Positions 19,774 through 30,920 are shown, counted from the first letter of the stretch. The stretch is 64,000 nt of DNA from an uncultured Methanosarcinales archaeon (GCA_964604995.1 CAZSAD010000001.1:1-64000), one strand, 5' to 3'. The notes: generated from the letters alone by a model not told the origin. Numbers and translations are program-made.

Positions 19774-20865
19774 ATGTTGAAGCTCATGATTAACTCAAAA
19801 TCTCTCAAAATCAAAAATCCAGGCAAAATCCTAGTTATACGCTCTGGTGCAATTGGGGATGTAATAATGACAACCCCCTTTCTTACAAATTTGAGATTGG
19901 CATATCCTAACGCGTCAATTTCTTATCTTGTTGGAGATTGGTCAAAAAGCGTTTTAGATAATAACCCTAACGTCGATGAAATTCTTTCTTTTAATGATGA
20001 AATCATAACAAAAAAGAAACTTGTTAAAGTTTTAAAATTAGCAAAGAACTTAAGAAAAAAACAATTTGATTTGTGCTTTATTTTAGATAAAAGTTGGATG
20101 TGGGGTTTATTTGCTAAAGTTGCAGGAATAAAACTAAGAATCGGTTTTAGTAGGGGTAATGAAGGTAGATTCCATACTTTATCCATCCCTTTTGATGGAA
20201 GCAAAAATGAAATTGACTACAATTTAAAACTTTTAAAGAAAATAGGGGTCAAAATTAAACAAGTTTCACCCTCTCTTTATAGTACATCACAAGATAAAAT
20301 TTATGCTAAAAAGTTTATTGGGAGTCATTCAAAATTATTAAAACCTTTAAATAGAAAAATAAGAAAAAAAATAGTGGGAATTGCTCCGGGCGGTGCTAGT
20401 AATCCTGGACAAATTGCAGCAATTAAAAGATGGCCACTTGATAAATACATAGATTTGTTAAATCTGCTCCAGACCAAAAAAGAAATTAGGGTATTAATTC
20501 TTGGATCTAAAGATGAAAATATGCTAGCAAACCAAATCCTCTCTTTAACTAAAAATAAACAGATTTTAAATGCAACAGCTTTTACAATACAACAAACAAA
20601 AGAGCTTATGGAATTGTGTGATGTAATTGTAACTCATGATTCAGGTGCTTTACACATAGCATCAACTACACATTCAAAAATTATTGCATTATTTGGTCCA
20701 ACTCCCTCAAAAAGATTTGCACCAAAAAAATCAATTGTATTAAAATCCAAAAAAGGGCCTTACTATGATATCTATGGTAAATTTAATAATGCAAACCAAG
20801 ATTGCATGGTTTACCTTTCTGCAAAAGAAGTTGAAAAAATGGTTTCTAAGTATTTAAATAAATAA
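19774..20865 (+). CDS. GT9 heptosyltransferase-like protein (WaaF-like)
   Basis: RSGAIGDV.MTTP, IAPGG, KRWP, HDSGALHIA, LFGPT. Confidence 0.9.
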   Translation: MLKLMINSKSLKIKNPGKILVIRSGAIGDVIMTTPFLTNLRLAYPNASISYLVGDWSKSVLDNNPNVDEILSFNDEIITKKKLVKVLKLAKNLRKKQFDLCFILDKSWMWGLFAKVAGIKLRIGFSRGNEGRFHTLSIPFDGSKNEIDYNLKLLKKIGVKIKQVSPSLYSTSQDKIYAKKFIGSHSKLLKPLNRKIRKKIVGIAPGGASNPGQIAAIKRWPLDKYIDLLNLLQTKKEIRVLILGSKDENMLANQILSLTKNKQILNATAFTIQQTKELMELCDVIVTHDSGALHIASTTHSKIIALFGPTPSKRFAPKKSIVLKSKKGPYYDIYGKFNNANQDCMVYLSAKEVEKMVSKYLNK

Positions 20866-20907
20866 TTTGGGAATAAGTTTAAATAATCCCTTTTTATTCA
20901 TATCTTT

Positions 20908-21912
20908 ATGAAAGCATTAATAACAGGTATTACTGGTCAAGACGGATCTTATTTAGCAGAATATCTTTTAAGCTTAGGCTATGAAGTATGCGGAATCTAT
21001 AGGAGAAGTAGTGTTGAAACATTTGAGAGGATAAATCACATCAAAAACAAAATCACGCTTATTTGTGCGGATTTAACTGATTTTTCTTCTTTATATGACG
21101 CAATCAATGATTTTAAACCAGATGAAGTCTATAATTTGGGCGCGCAATCTTTTGTTCCAGCATCATGGTCACAGCCAATTTTAACAACTGAAATAAACAC
21201 AGTTGGTACAATGAATCTTTTAGAAGTAATAAGAAAAATTAATCCTAAAATTAAATTTTATCAAGCCTCATCTTCTGAAATGTTTGGTAAAGTTCAAGAA
21301 GTTCCACAAACAGAAACTACTCCTTTTTATCCAAGAAGTCCATATGGTATAACCAAAGTTTTTTGTTATTGGGCAACAATAAACTACAGAGAAAGTTATG
21401 GTATGTTTTGTTCAAATGGTATTCTTTTTAATCATGAATCTCCAAGAAGAGGCAAGCAATTTGTAACAAAAAAGATAACTGAATCAGTTGCTAAAATAAA
21501 ATTAGGTTTACAAGATTATTTTGAACTAGGGAATTTGGACGCAAAAAGGGATTGGGGCTATGCAAAAGATTATGTAAAAGCAATGCACCTTATGCTTCAG
21601 AGCAAAAAAGCAGATGATTTTGTAATTGCAACAAATGAAACCCACACAGTTCGCGAATTTACAACAGAAGCATTTAAAGCAGCAGGAATGGATATAATCT
21701 GGCAAGGCAAAGGTATAAATGAAGTTGGAAAAGTTAATGATAAAATTGTTGTCAAAGTAAACAAAAAATTCTTTAGGCCAGCTGAAGTTGATCTTTTAAT
21801 TGGCAATTCCACTAAAGCTAAAAAACAGCTTGGTTGGCAGCCCTCAACAAAATTTCATGAACTAGTAAAAATCATGGTTGAGGCAGATATTAAAATCTTG
21901 TCTTCAAAATAA
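20908..21912 (+). CDS. gmd: GDP-mannose 4,6-dehydratase
   Basis: [62 protein letters not shown] at 20878-20885. Confidence 0.96.
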   Translation: MKALITGITGQDGSYLAEYLLSLGYEVCGIYRRSSVETFERINHIKNKITLICADLTDFSSLYDAINDFKPDEVYNLGAQSFVPASWSQPILTTEINTVGTMNLLEVIRKINPKIKFYQASSSEMFGKVQEVPQTETTPFYPRSPYGITKVFCYWATINYRESYGMFCSNGILFNHESPRRGKQFVTKKITESVAKIKLGLQDYFELGNLDAKRDWGYAKDYVKAMHLMLQSKKADDFVIATNETHTVREFTTEAFKAAGMDIIWQGKGINEVGKVNDKIVVKVNKKFFRPAEVDLLIGNSTKAKKQLGWQPSTKFHELVKIMVEADIKILSSK

Positions 21913-21993
21913 ATAATGAAAAAAGAAAATTAATAAAATAAATAATACAAAACCTCTTTATTTTTTTACGTTTTCAAATAATCCTGGTGTAAA

Positions 21994-22974
21994 ATGTCAA
22001 AAAAAATAATTAAAGACAAAATTACCAAAAATATACAATCAAACAAACCCAAAGTTGCCCTAATAACCGGCAGTTCTGGTTTTGTCGGAAAACATCTTTC
22101 TACTTATCTTCAAAGCCAAAATCTTAAAGTTTATGGCATCGAAAGAAATTTTCCTTTTGGCGGATTTGATGCTTTTGAATGTGATATTTTAGATGTTTCA
22201 AGATTAAAAGAAGTTCTAAAAGAAATAAAACCTGATTACATTTTTCATCTTGCAGCACAATCTTCAGTAGAAAGTAGCTGGAAAGATCCTGTTGGAACTT
22301 TTAGGATAAATGTCGAAGGCACAGACAATTTAATTAATTGTGTTGAAGAATTAAAACTAAATTCGATAATTTTGATTGCAAGTTCAGGAGAAGTTTACGG
22401 CACAGCAAAATCCTATCCCTTTACAGAACAAACAATACCTGAGCCAAATAGTCCTTATTCAAAATCAAAGCTTGCCCAAGAAGAAATTGCACTGGAGCAT
22501 TTCAAGAAAAATGGCACTAAAATTATAATTAGTCGAAGTTTTCCACACAATGGACCTAACCAATCAGAAAATTTTGCATGTTCTAGTTTTGCAAAACAAA
22601 TTGTTCAAATTGAAAAAGGTGAAATGGATAATATTATCGTTGGAAATTTAGACGCAAGCAGGGACTATACAGATGTTCGTGACATTGTAAAAGCATATTA
22701 TTTAGCAGTCCAAAAATGTAAATCTGGTGAAATTTATAATATCTGTAGTGGAAAAGCTTACACCATCAAAGAAATTTTAGATAATTTAATTAATTTATCA
22801 ACTAAAAAAATAATAACAAAATCTGATAAAAAAAAGCTTAGGCCGTCAGATATACCTCTTCTTTTAGGGGATAATAAAAAATTCTGTACTATAACTAACT
22901 GGAAACCCTATTTTACACTCAATCAAACATTAAAGGACACTTTAGATTTTTGGAGAAATAACCTAATTAAATAA
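21994..22974 (+). CDS. rmd: GDP-4-keto-6-deoxy-D-mannose reductase-like (GDP-D-rhamnose)
   Basis: Directly after gmd; HLAAQSSV..SW, SSGEVYG, PY..SK, R.F.H.GP.Q...F..SSFAKQI, GNL...RDYTDVRD. Confidence 0.75.
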   Translation: MSKKIIKDKITKNIQSNKPKVALITGSSGFVGKHLSTYLQSQNLKVYGIERNFPFGGFDAFECDILDVSRLKEVLKEIKPDYIFHLAAQSSVESSWKDPVGTFRINVEGTDNLINCVEELKLNSIILIASSGEVYGTAKSYPFTEQTIPEPNSPYSKSKLAQEEIALEHFKKNGTKIIISRSFPHNGPNQSENFACSSFAKQIVQIEKGEMDNIIVGNLDASRDYTDVRDIVKAYYLAVQKCKSGEIYNICSGKAYTIKEILDNLINLSTKKIITKSDKKKLRPSDIPLLLGDNKKFCTITNWKPYFTLNQTLKDTLDFWRNNLIK

Positions 22975-23092
22975 GTTTAATGCAATCATACCACACAATG
23001 CATTAATTTATTCATTAAATTTATATATTGTGTAATACTCTTCTCGACAAGTAAGCATTAAGTTAAACACTAATATAAATGTCAACTTTAAG

Positions 23093-23707
23093 GTGATTTT
23101 AATGAACAAAAAACTTTTCGAAAACATTATTCTTTCATTACCAAAAAAAGCCAAAGTTTTAGATGCAGGATGCGGATCTGGCAATAACTCTAGATATATT
23201 CATGATTTAAGAGCTGATCTTGAAATAATTGGAATTGATATTTCCTTAGACATAAAAAAACATCTTCCTAAATACTTAAAATTTAAACAACTCTCAGTTG
23301 AAGATTTATCAACTTTTAAAGAAGGTACTTTTGATTGTATACTTTGTTTTCATGTCTTAGAGCATGTAAAAGACACGTCTAAAGCAGCATCTGAATTTTT
23401 AAGAGTATTAAAAAAAGGAGGTTATATTTTTGCCGAAAGTCCACATTGGATTTCAACAATAACTCCAATTGGGTTTAATTTTTATGACGATCCAACACAC
23501 ATTAGACCCTTTAATACTCAAAGTTTTTCAAGACTTTTTAGTGATTTTACAATTGATTACCTTAAATTTGAAACGGCTATTTTTTTCTATCTTGATGAAT
23601 TATACCAACTCAATAAATTTTCATTATGGTTTTTAATAAGAAAATTGCTTAAGATTTTAGGAATTTATAAAACTGCAATATTTATTATTGCAAAAAAGAA
23701 ACAATAA
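23093..23707 (+). CDS. Class I SAM-dependent methyltransferase
   Basis: VLDAGCGSG, FD...C.HVLEH, LKKGG, DPTH. Confidence 0.88.
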   Translation: MILMNKKLFENIILSLPKKAKVLDAGCGSGNNSRYIHDLRADLEIIGIDISLDIKKHLPKYLKFKQLSVEDLSTFKEGTFDCILCFHVLEHVKDTSKAASEFLRVLKKGGYIFAESPHWISTITPIGFNFYDDPTHIRPFNTQSFSRLFSDFTIDYLKFETAIFFYLDELYQLNKFSLWFLIRKLLKILGIYKTAIFIIAKKKQ

Positions 23708-23723
23708 CAAGTTTAGATATCAA

Positions 23724-24764
23724 ATGAAAATTGGCATGATTGCTCCACAGCTGGACGAGGAATGCGGAGTTGCACTCTACACTTCTAATTTAAGTAAATC
23801 CCTCTCTAAACTTGGTTGTAAAGTTGTATCAATTGGAAGATTGGGATCTCTAGCTGATATTCAAGTTGATTTTGAATCAATTTTTCTTAAGAAAAAATTA
23901 AGGGAAATAATAAAAGAGCATAATATTGATGTTATTCACATTCAATATAATTTTGTCTTATTTGGGAAATTTCATTTAAATACTGGTCTTCTTGCAGCTC
24001 TTAGTTTGTCTAAAGAATTACCTGTTATTGTTACTTTGCATGAAGTGCAATATCCAGATAATAGTTTAAAAACAAAAATTTTGAGTTTTGTTGAATCAAA
24101 AATTGTTGAAAAAGCAAGTGCAATTATAACTCATACTCCTCAGCAGGCAAGCTTTCTAAACAATAAAAGCAAAAGAAAAAATGCTCAAAAAAATGTGCAT
24201 TGTATTTATATGGGACTCGATGTAAAAAATAATATCCCCAAAAAAGGAAATAATATTTTATTTTTTGGATTAGTTGGAGAAGGAAAAGGAGTTATTAATC
24301 TTGTTTTGGCTAAAGATTACCTTCCTGATTTTAATATCACAATTGCAGGCAAACCAGTAACTGAGCAATATAAAAATCAACTTGAAACTTTGGCAAAAGA
24401 CAAAGAGATTAATCTTAAATTCAACTGGATTTCTGAGCAGCAAAAAGATAAATTATACAAATGGGCAAACATTGTTGTTTTGCCGTATAGGTGGGCACCT
24501 TATCAATCTGCAGTTTTACACGATGCTTTATCTTACTCGCTTCCTGTTGTTGTAACAAAAACTGGTGCAGTATGGGAATTAGTTGAAGAATTTAAACTTG
24601 GTGAGATTGTGCAACCAAACAATCCTAAAAAATTGGCAGAAGGGATAAAAAAAGTTTACTCTAAATATTCTTCTTATGCTAAAGGTATCATTAAATATCA
24701 GCAAAATGCGAAATGGGAGCAAGTTGGTAAAAAAACATTTGAGGTATATTCTTTTCTTAAATAA
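23724..24764 (+). CDS. GT4 glycosyltransferase
   Basis: CGVA.YT, VTLHE, FFG....KG, VVLPY...QSAVL. Start set at ATG 23724. Confidence 0.85.
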   Translation: MKIGMIAPQLDEECGVALYTSNLSKSLSKLGCKVVSIGRLGSLADIQVDFESIFLKKKLREIIKEHNIDVIHIQYNFVLFGKFHLNTGLLAALSLSKELPVIVTLHEVQYPDNSLKTKILSFVESKIVEKASAIITHTPQQASFLNNKSKRKNAQKNVHCIYMGLDVKNNIPKKGNNILFFGLVGEGKGVINLVLAKDYLPDFNITIAGKPVTEQYKNQLETLAKDKEINLKFNWISEQQKDKLYKWANIVVLPYRWAPYQSAVLHDALSYSLPVVVTKTGAVWELVEEFKLGEIVQPNNPKKLAEGIKKVYSKYSSYAKGIIKYQQNAKWEQVGKKTFEVYSFLK

Positions 24765-24829
24765 ATACATTAAATTCCTATAATCAAAAATTGAAAAATA
24801 TTTAATCATTTCTCTTTAATTTTAGAAAA

Positions 24830-25258
24830 TCATTTATTCTTTATTTTATAATAAATGATTAAAGTACTTACTGTCATTGTTAAAATAGGGATTAATATTC
24901 CATGGTATCTTGTATGTAATTCAGCTATCCCTAAATAATACCCCATTATTCCTAATATAGCAGCTCCAATAGCAAAACTAATGGCGAATCTTTCAAAAGA
25001 ATTTATATTATGCAAAAAAATATAACTTACAAAAATCCCAGGTAAAACAAATAGCCAAAAAAAGGACATAACTGTTTTTATTATCACAAAAAAATTCTCA
25101 TTGTAAAATGCAATTTTCATTCCAAAAATTACCAATATCAGTATAATCAATGACGATTTAGTTACTTCTTTTGTATCATTTATTAAATATTCAAAATTAA
25201 ATTTATTTTTTGTATTCTTTTCATTGATTTGTTTATCTACTTTATTCATTTTAATCAC
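24830..25258 (-). CDS. Small ~4-TM membrane protein (DUF1616-like), partner of the upstream GT-C
   Basis: FVLPG...SFERFAISFAIG; similar to 17762..18208. Confidence 0.65.
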   Translation of the reverse strand: MIKMNKVDKQINEKNTKNKFNFEYLINDTKEVTKSSLIILILVIFGMKIAFYNENFFVIIKTVMSFFWLFVLPGIFVSYIFLHNINSFERFAISFAIGAAILGIMGYYLGIAELHTRYHGILIPILTMTVSTLIIYYKIKNK

Positions 25259-25262
25259 TCAT

Positions 25263-26918
25263 TCAATTATTAACAATCATTGATTCATTAAAACAATTTT
25301 CATTTTCTTTTACTTTCTTTAAAATTAAAACTTCATCATTGTAATAAGACGGAATAAAATAACTCCCTTCTATCATGTTTTTTGCAATAATCATATTATA
25401 CTGAGCTAAAATTGGTTGTCTAGAAGCTCTGTCAAATATGACATAATCAAATTGACAAATATTTCTTGGTTTGATAGCATAATTATCGCTGTATTCTAAA
25501 ATATAATATCCTACTTTCAAAAAACTTTTCCAATATACTAAATTTGTTTCAGTTGGTCCACTCATATAGCTATTAAAATATTTTGTAACTGATCCATTTT
25601 TTATTTTTTCAATAAAATCATTATCCTGTATTTTATAAGTGATTCTCATAGTGTTCCAAATTATACCTTCTTGATTGTAAATATCACCATACATAAAAAG
25701 TATTTTTGTTTCACTATCCGTATTTTGTTTTATCCAATTTATAGAATCCCAATGAGGTTTATCAATCAATCCTTCATTGCCTAAAGGTTTGTAATAATTA
25801 TATATAAAAATCATCATTAAAATGATAGCTACAAAAACAGATATTGTTCTTTTGTTTAAATGCAAAACTTGTAATAACATAAAAATTGCAAATCCAAAAA
25901 ATACTGCAAGGTACAATGGCCAAGTATATCTTATTTGAGTTGTGCGCACAAATGACAAATTAAAAATATTTAATCCCAAAAATAACATAGTTGCGCCGGC
26001 GATAGTTACAATTTTACTTGTTTGATTAAAAAAAATCAAAGACAAAGCAATACCAATTATAATCACATATTGTATCCACAAAAAATGAGAGAATACAGGG
26101 TCATACCATTGTAAACTTAAAGGTCCACCAACAATCTTAGTATCTGAGTATGTAACTAAAAAAATGACCAAATAATATGAACTTAAAACTATAGTTAAAA
26201 TACCAGTTTTTAATGAAAATAGGATTATATCCCACTCTATTTTTTTTGATATGAATGCTTTAATTCCTATAAAAACATAAAGGATAATAAGGGCATATGC
26301 CATTTCTGATACATGGATAAGAAACATTGCAGCAAGCAATATTGCTATAACTACCCAATAATCTTCCACTTTTTTTTCAGAGGTATCAGTTAAACTAATT
26401 AAAAAAATTAAACCTGCAATAAAAACAGTAGTTTCAATTACATCAAAATATCCCCACATAATCCCAATATTAAATTGTGGTTGAAAAAGAAATAACATCA
26501 ACGGAAGCGATAATATTGCTACTTGTTTATTGGTTCGTCTAATCGCAAGATATATTATTATACATGCAATATAAAGAAACATTCCTGCAAAAAATTGATT
26601 GACATCATATGGTTCCAAACCAGATGTAAATGAGAATATTGCTTGTAATTGTTGGGATATCGAAGGAATAAATCCTATACAGTTGGTAAAACCACCACAT
26701 TGACTTTCATACAAATATTTAAAATCCCCTCTCAGTTTTATTCCTTCTACAAAAGAGATTTCACCTGCAGCATCGCTTGCTAAAATATTATAAGGAGAAT
26801 CGTGTACTAATTTATGTCCCAACATATTGGAAATTCCAACATAAATAAACAATATTGAGAAAATAGTAATAACTATTCCTTCCATCCATTTTCCATCTAT
26901 CTTGAACTTTATTTGCAT
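25263..26918 (-). CDS. GT-C-superfamily multi-pass membrane glycosyltransferase-like protein
   Basis: LASDA in the first loop, about 11 TMs, RYTWP, C-terminal WIKQNT...KILF domain; same layout as 16084..17775. Confidence 0.7.
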   Translation of the reverse strand: MQIKFKIDGKWMEGIVITIFSILFIYVGISNMLGHKLVHDSPYNILASDAAGEISFVEGIKLRGDFKYLYESQCGGFTNCIGFIPSISQQLQAIFSFTSGLEPYDVNQFFAGMFLYIACIIIYLAIRRTNKQVAILSLPLMLFLFQPQFNIGIMWGYFDVIETTVFIAGLIFLISLTDTSEKKVEDYWVVIAILLAAMFLIHVSEMAYALIILYVFIGIKAFISKKIEWDIILFSLKTGILTIVLSSYYLVIFLVTYSDTKIVGGPLSLQWYDPVFSHFLWIQYVIIIGIALSLIFFNQTSKIVTIAGATMLFLGLNIFNLSFVRTTQIRYTWPLYLAVFFGFAIFMLLQVLHLNKRTISVFVAIILMMIFIYNYYKPLGNEGLIDKPHWDSINWIKQNTDSETKILFMYGDIYNQEGIIWNTMRITYKIQDNDFIEKIKNGSVTKYFNSYMSGPTETNLVYWKSFLKVGYYILEYSDNYAIKPRNICQFDYVIFDRASRQPILAQYNMIIAKNMIEGSYFIPSYYNDEVLILKKVKENENCFNESMIVNN

Positions 26919-26950
26919 TTTTTAATCAATTAAATTTATTTAAAATCAAT

Positions 26951-27625
26951 TTATTTTTCAAAAATTACATCTCTCATCATGTTATAAAAATCTTTAACAA
27001 CATTTAGTTTTGATGCTCCTCCTCTTCTAAAATAATCCATCTCAACAATCATAAATTTAATTCTCCTACTTGCAATCCTTTTACTCATTGCAGTTATAAG
27101 ATTTAACCCATTTGGCAAAGTTTCAAAATCAATCTTTTTTAGCATTTCTTTTTTAAAAACTCTTTCACCACATGCAACATCGCCCACCTTTTTTAATGTG
27201 AAAACACTAAATGTTACCGCAATTATTCTATTCCCAATTTTTCTTAGAAGTGGCATTTCATTTTTCTTTCCACCAAATCTGTTCCCCCAAACAATATCTA
27301 GTTTATTTTTCTTTAAAATTTTTAAGAATATGGGAAGATAGGAGGGTTTGTATGTAAGATCTGCATCAAGAAAGGCAATATACTTTGTTTTTGCAGCTTT
27401 CCATCCAGTTTTAAGTGCGCCACCATATCCTTTATTTTTTGTATGTTTAATAACTGTCACTTTTTCTTTTTTTGCAAGTAAAAAAGTTTTGTCTTTGGAA
27501 CAATCATCAACAATTATTATTTCACAATTAGGTACTTCTTTTTTTATTTTTTTGATAGTCTCAACAATTCCTTCTTGTTCATTATAAGCAGGTACAACAA
27601 CAGTCAATTCCTTCAAATTTCTCAC
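26951..27625 (-). CDS. GT2 glycosyltransferase (DPM1-like)
   Basis: VPAYNE, DDCSKD, NKGYGGA, LDAD. Confidence 0.88.
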   Translation of the reverse strand: MRNLKELTVVVPAYNEQEGIVETIKKIKKEVPNCEIIIVDDCSKDKTFLLAKKEKVTVIKHTKNKGYGGALKTGWKAAKTKYIAFLDADLTYKPSYLPIFLKILKKNKLDIVWGNRFGGKKNEMPLLRKIGNRIIAVTFSVFTLKKVGDVACGERVFKKEMLKKIDFETLPNGLNLITAMSKRIASRRIKFMIVEMDYFRRGGASKLNVVKDFYNMMRDVIFEK

Positions 27626-27846
27626 CTTCTATTAAACTAATTTTTTATAATTTTTATTTTTTAAAATTCAAAAGCAAATTTTAAACATTATTTTAATAAA
27701 TTTTGGATCTATTTTCATTTATTTTTATAATCTTAATCACAAACTCATTCTATTTTATAATTCTATATAAATCTATTTGTAACTTAATACGTCCTTAATA
27801 AACCTAGTTACATTATTTAACTCTTTTTATTAGTATTTAATAATAC

Positions 27847-28539
27847 TTATTCTATCTTATATTTCAACAAATAATAAACAGCTTTAATTCCATCTTTCCA
27901 TGATATTTTTTTTCCTTCACTATAATCCCTGCACTCATAAGAAATTGGTACTTCAAAAATACTAATCTTATTTTTTAGCAACTTTGCAGTTATTTCAGGT
28001 TCTAATTCAAATCCTTTAGATTTTAAATTCATTTTTTTTAATATGTCAGTTCTTACAAGTTTATAGCATGTTTCCATGTCCGTAATTTTAGAAAAATAAA
28101 TGAAATTTGTAATTTTTACTAAAAACTTATTTCCAAAATATAAAAAACGATACTTAGGTTTATGTTTTTTCAAAAATCTTGAACCAAAAACTGCATCAGC
28201 TTTTTTCTTTCTAACTTTATCCACTAATAATTTTATATCTCTTGGATCGTATTCTAAATCTGCATCTTGGATAACGCAATAATCTCCACTTGAATTAAAT
28301 ATCGCAGTTCTAATTGCACTTCCCTTTCCTTGGTTTTGTTTATGAAATATTATTTTCATAAATTTAGGTGCATTTTTTTTAATATTATTTAATATTTCTC
28401 TTGTACTATCCACAGATCCATCATCTACTACAATAATCTCTTTTTGAATATTTCCTAAATCTAATTTTATTATTTTATTAATTATTTTACGAATAAATTT
28501 TTTCTCATTATAAACAGGTATTAGAATTGAAAGTTTCAT
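27847..28539 (-). CDS. GT2 glycosyltransferase (DPM1-like)
   Basis: IPVYNE, DDGS.D, GKG.A, QDADLEYDP, TDMETCYK, EGKKI.W.DG. Confidence 0.9.
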   Translation of the reverse strand: MKLSILIPVYNEKKFIRKIINKIIKLDLGNIQKEIIVVDDGSVDSTREILNNIKKNAPKFMKIIFHKQNQGKGSAIRTAIFNSSGDYCVIQDADLEYDPRDIKLLVDKVRKKKADAVFGSRFLKKHKPKYRFLYFGNKFLVKITNFIYFSKITDMETCYKLVRTDILKKMNLKSKGFELEPEITAKLLKNKISIFEVPISYECRDYSEGKKISWKDGIKAVYYLLKYKIE

Positions 28540-28548
28540 TGTTAATTA

Positions 28549-29094
28549 TTATCTCTTATTTTCTTTCTTTATATTGTTTTTATTTTCTTTCGAATATATT
28601 ATAATTATTTTTTTTATTATATCTGTTGTTGAAAATCCTTCTAATTTTGGGATCATATATAACTTTGCTCTAATTTTTGCAAGAGCTTTTGCTTCAATAC
28701 AATTTTTTCCATATTCTGCTCCATTTACATGAACATTCGGTTTAACCATTTCTATTAATGGAATAGCAATTTCAGCTTCATTCATTAAAACAATATAATT
28801 AGTACATTCCAATGCAGCAAGACTTTCTGCTCTAAATTTCTCTCCAATTATTGGTCTATCCAAACTTTTGTACTTATGTATTGATTCATCACTATTAAGT
28901 CCAACAATAAGCACATCTGCTTGCCCTTTGGCTTTTGTTAAAAACTGAATATGGCCCCAATGCAATAAATCAAAACTTCCATTACATGTGGCAATTGTTT
29001 TTCCATTTTTGTGAAGTTCTTTAGCTATTTTTTCAATTTCAGATTTTGATTTTATTTTTTTAGTAATATTGTTCATATTATCAATCCTTTTCAT
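28549..29094 (-). CDS. hldC: D-glycero-beta-D-manno-heptose 1-phosphate adenylyltransferase (HldE/RfaE domain II)
   Basis: NGSFDLLHWGH (HxGH), VGLNSD.S, RP, GFSTT; in the gmhA operon. Confidence 0.85.
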   Translation of the reverse strand: MKRIDNMNNITKKIKSKSEIEKIAKELHKNGKTIATCNGSFDLLHWGHIQFLTKAKGQADVLIVGLNSDESIHKYKSLDRPIIGEKFRAESLAALECTNYIVLMNEAEIAIPLIEMVKPNVHVNGAEYGKNCIEAKALAKIRAKLYMIPKLEGFSTTDIIKKIIIIYSKENKNNIKKENKR

Positions 29095-29208
29095 GCTTTT
29101 TATTGTTTTAGATATCTTCTCAATAAAAATGGTTTATTTTTATAACTTACCTTATTATCCTGAATTATTATTTATATTATATCTATATCACTAAACTTTT
29201 AACATTTA

Positions 29209-29835
29209 CTAATTATTTTTCATTTTTTTTATTATTTTAACAGCTTCAAGTAAATTATTGACAATAAAATCCGGTTTATATTTCATAGAATTATAATATA
29301 AATCATCTCTAATTCCACTTTTTACAAGAATTGTTTTGCATCCAAGATTTATGCCAGCACCAATATCAGTTTCTTGGTCGCCAACAACCCAACTTTTACC
29401 AATATCAATATTAAAATCATTTGCAGCATCAAGATACATTTTAGTTCCTGGTTTTCTACATTCACATTTTTTTGTGTACTCTTTTAAAATTCCTTGTTCG
29501 TGATGTGGACAAAAATATACTTTATGTAATTCAACACCTTGTTTTTTTAATTCATTTACCATAAAATCATTTATTTTTTCAATTTCTTTAATAGTCGATA
29601 TTCCTTTTGCAATTCCTCCTTGATTAGTTATTACAATTAATTTGTAATTTGTTTTTGAAAGCAATTTTAGTGCTTCAACACTTTGCGACAAAAATTTAAA
29701 GTCTTCAATTTTTTTTACATAATTATTAACTTCAACATTAATAGTTCCATCTCTATCTAAAAAAACAGCGCCTGTTTTTCCTTCTGTTTTTCCAATATTT
29801 TGTTTAATCATTTTTTTTGTTACCATTATTTTCAA
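29209..29835 (-). CDS. gmhB: D,D-heptose 1,7-bisphosphate phosphatase (start uncertain)
   Basis: FLDRDGT, ITNQGGI, CPHH...CECRKP, VGD..TD. Confidence 0.9.
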   Translation of the reverse strand: MKIMVTKKMIKQNIGKTEGKTGAVFLDRDGTINVEVNNYVKKIEDFKFLSQSVEALKLLSKTNYKLIVITNQGGIAKGISTIKEIEKINDFMVNELKKQGVELHKVYFCPHHEQGILKEYTKKCECRKPGTKMYLDAANDFNIDIGKSWVVGDQETDIGAGINLGCKTILVKSGIRDDLYYNSMKYKPDFIVNNLLEAVKIIKKMKNN

Positions 29836-30850
29836 AATCCCTTTTTATTACTTGAATTAGTTCATTTGAATTTACAGTTGAAGTTCCTATTTTTCCAACA
29901 ACTATTCCTGCTGCAAAGTTTGCAATAATTGCAGCTTCTTGTAAGTTTGCACCAGCGCAAATACTAAGTGCCAAAGTTGCAATAACTGTATCACCAGCTC
30001 CTGTTACATCATAAACTTCTTTTGCTTTAGTTGGGATATGTTCATCTTTTCCATCTTTTGGAAAAAGGGACATTCCTCTTTCTCCACGAGTAACTAGCAT
30101 ATCACATTTATATTTTGAAACAAGTGATTTTCCAACTTTCATAAAATCTTTCCATTGCTCCTCTTCAAGCATTGACATTCTGCACGCTTCATCGTAATTA
30201 GGAGTCATAAGATCGCAGCCGTAATAATACTCCCTATGCATAGGCTTTGGATCAACTATGATATACTTTTTAGACTCCTTTGCAATTTTTACAATTTCAG
30301 AAAACAAATTTTTGGTAATTAATCCTTTCCCATAATCTGATACTATTATAATATCCATCTTTTTTATTGCATTTTTCATCTCTTCAAGAATCTTTTTTTC
30401 ATGCAAACTATCAATATTATGAATTTTTTCATGATCTATTCTAAGCAATTGTNNNNNNNNNNATTGTTGGCTTCTTGCAATTACTCTTGTTTTTGTAATT
30501 GTGGGCCTGGTATTATCCTTAACTAAATAATTTGTATTAATATTTCTTTTTTTCAATTCTGATAAAAGAACAAGACTCATCTCATCAACACCAACAGTGC
30601 CAACAATATACACTTCTCCACCTAGAACTGCAATATTGTTTGCAACATTAGCAGCTCCGCCTGGAACATATTCTTCTTTTTCAACATTTAAAACTTGAAC
30701 AGGCGCTTCCGGTGATATTCTTGAAACATCTCCTATTATTGATTTGTCTAGCATAACATCTCCAATAACCAAAACTTTCTTATTTTTGAACGCATCAATT
30801 ATTTTATTTGCCAAGTTTAAATTAATTTTTATCATTTTTAATTCCCTCAA
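29804..30850 (-). CDS. hldA: D-glycero-beta-D-manno-heptose 7-phosphate kinase (HldE/RfaE domain I); spans a 10-N gap
   Basis: GDVMLD, RISPEAPV, GGAANVA, SDYGKG, VDPK, TPN, DVTGAGDTV. Likely start ATG 30835. Confidence 0.92.
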   Translation of the reverse strand: MRELKMIKINLNLANKIIDAFKNKKVLVIGDVMLDKSIIGDVSRISPEAPVQVLNVEKEEYVPGGAANVANNIAVLGGEVYIVGTVGVDEMSLVLLSELKKRNINTNYLVKDNTRPTITKTRVIARSQQXXXXQLLRIDHEKIHNIDSLHEKKILEEMKNAIKKMDIIIVSDYGKGLITKNLFSEIVKIAKESKKYIIVDPKPMHREYYYGCDLMTPNYDEACRMSMLEEEQWKDFMKVGKSLVSKYKCDMLVTRGERGMSLFPKDGKDEHIPTKAKEVYDVTGAGDTVIATLALSICAGANLQEAAIIANFAAGIVVGKIGTSTVNSNELIQVIKRDFENNGNKKND

Positions 30851-30920
30851 ATATCCATATTACTCATTCATAATTGTTAAAACTAATTTTTATTAAACAT
30901 ATTTAATTGTTAAATCCCTC

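Noticed and set aside
22993..23033. Imperfect inverted repeat after rmd as an ncRNA
   Set aside because: AT-rich with mismatches; plausible by chance or as a terminator/promoter overlap.
30453..30462. Insertion in hldA
   Set aside because: 10-N scaffold gap with a duplicated ATTGT flank; the real sequence is probably SQQLLRID.
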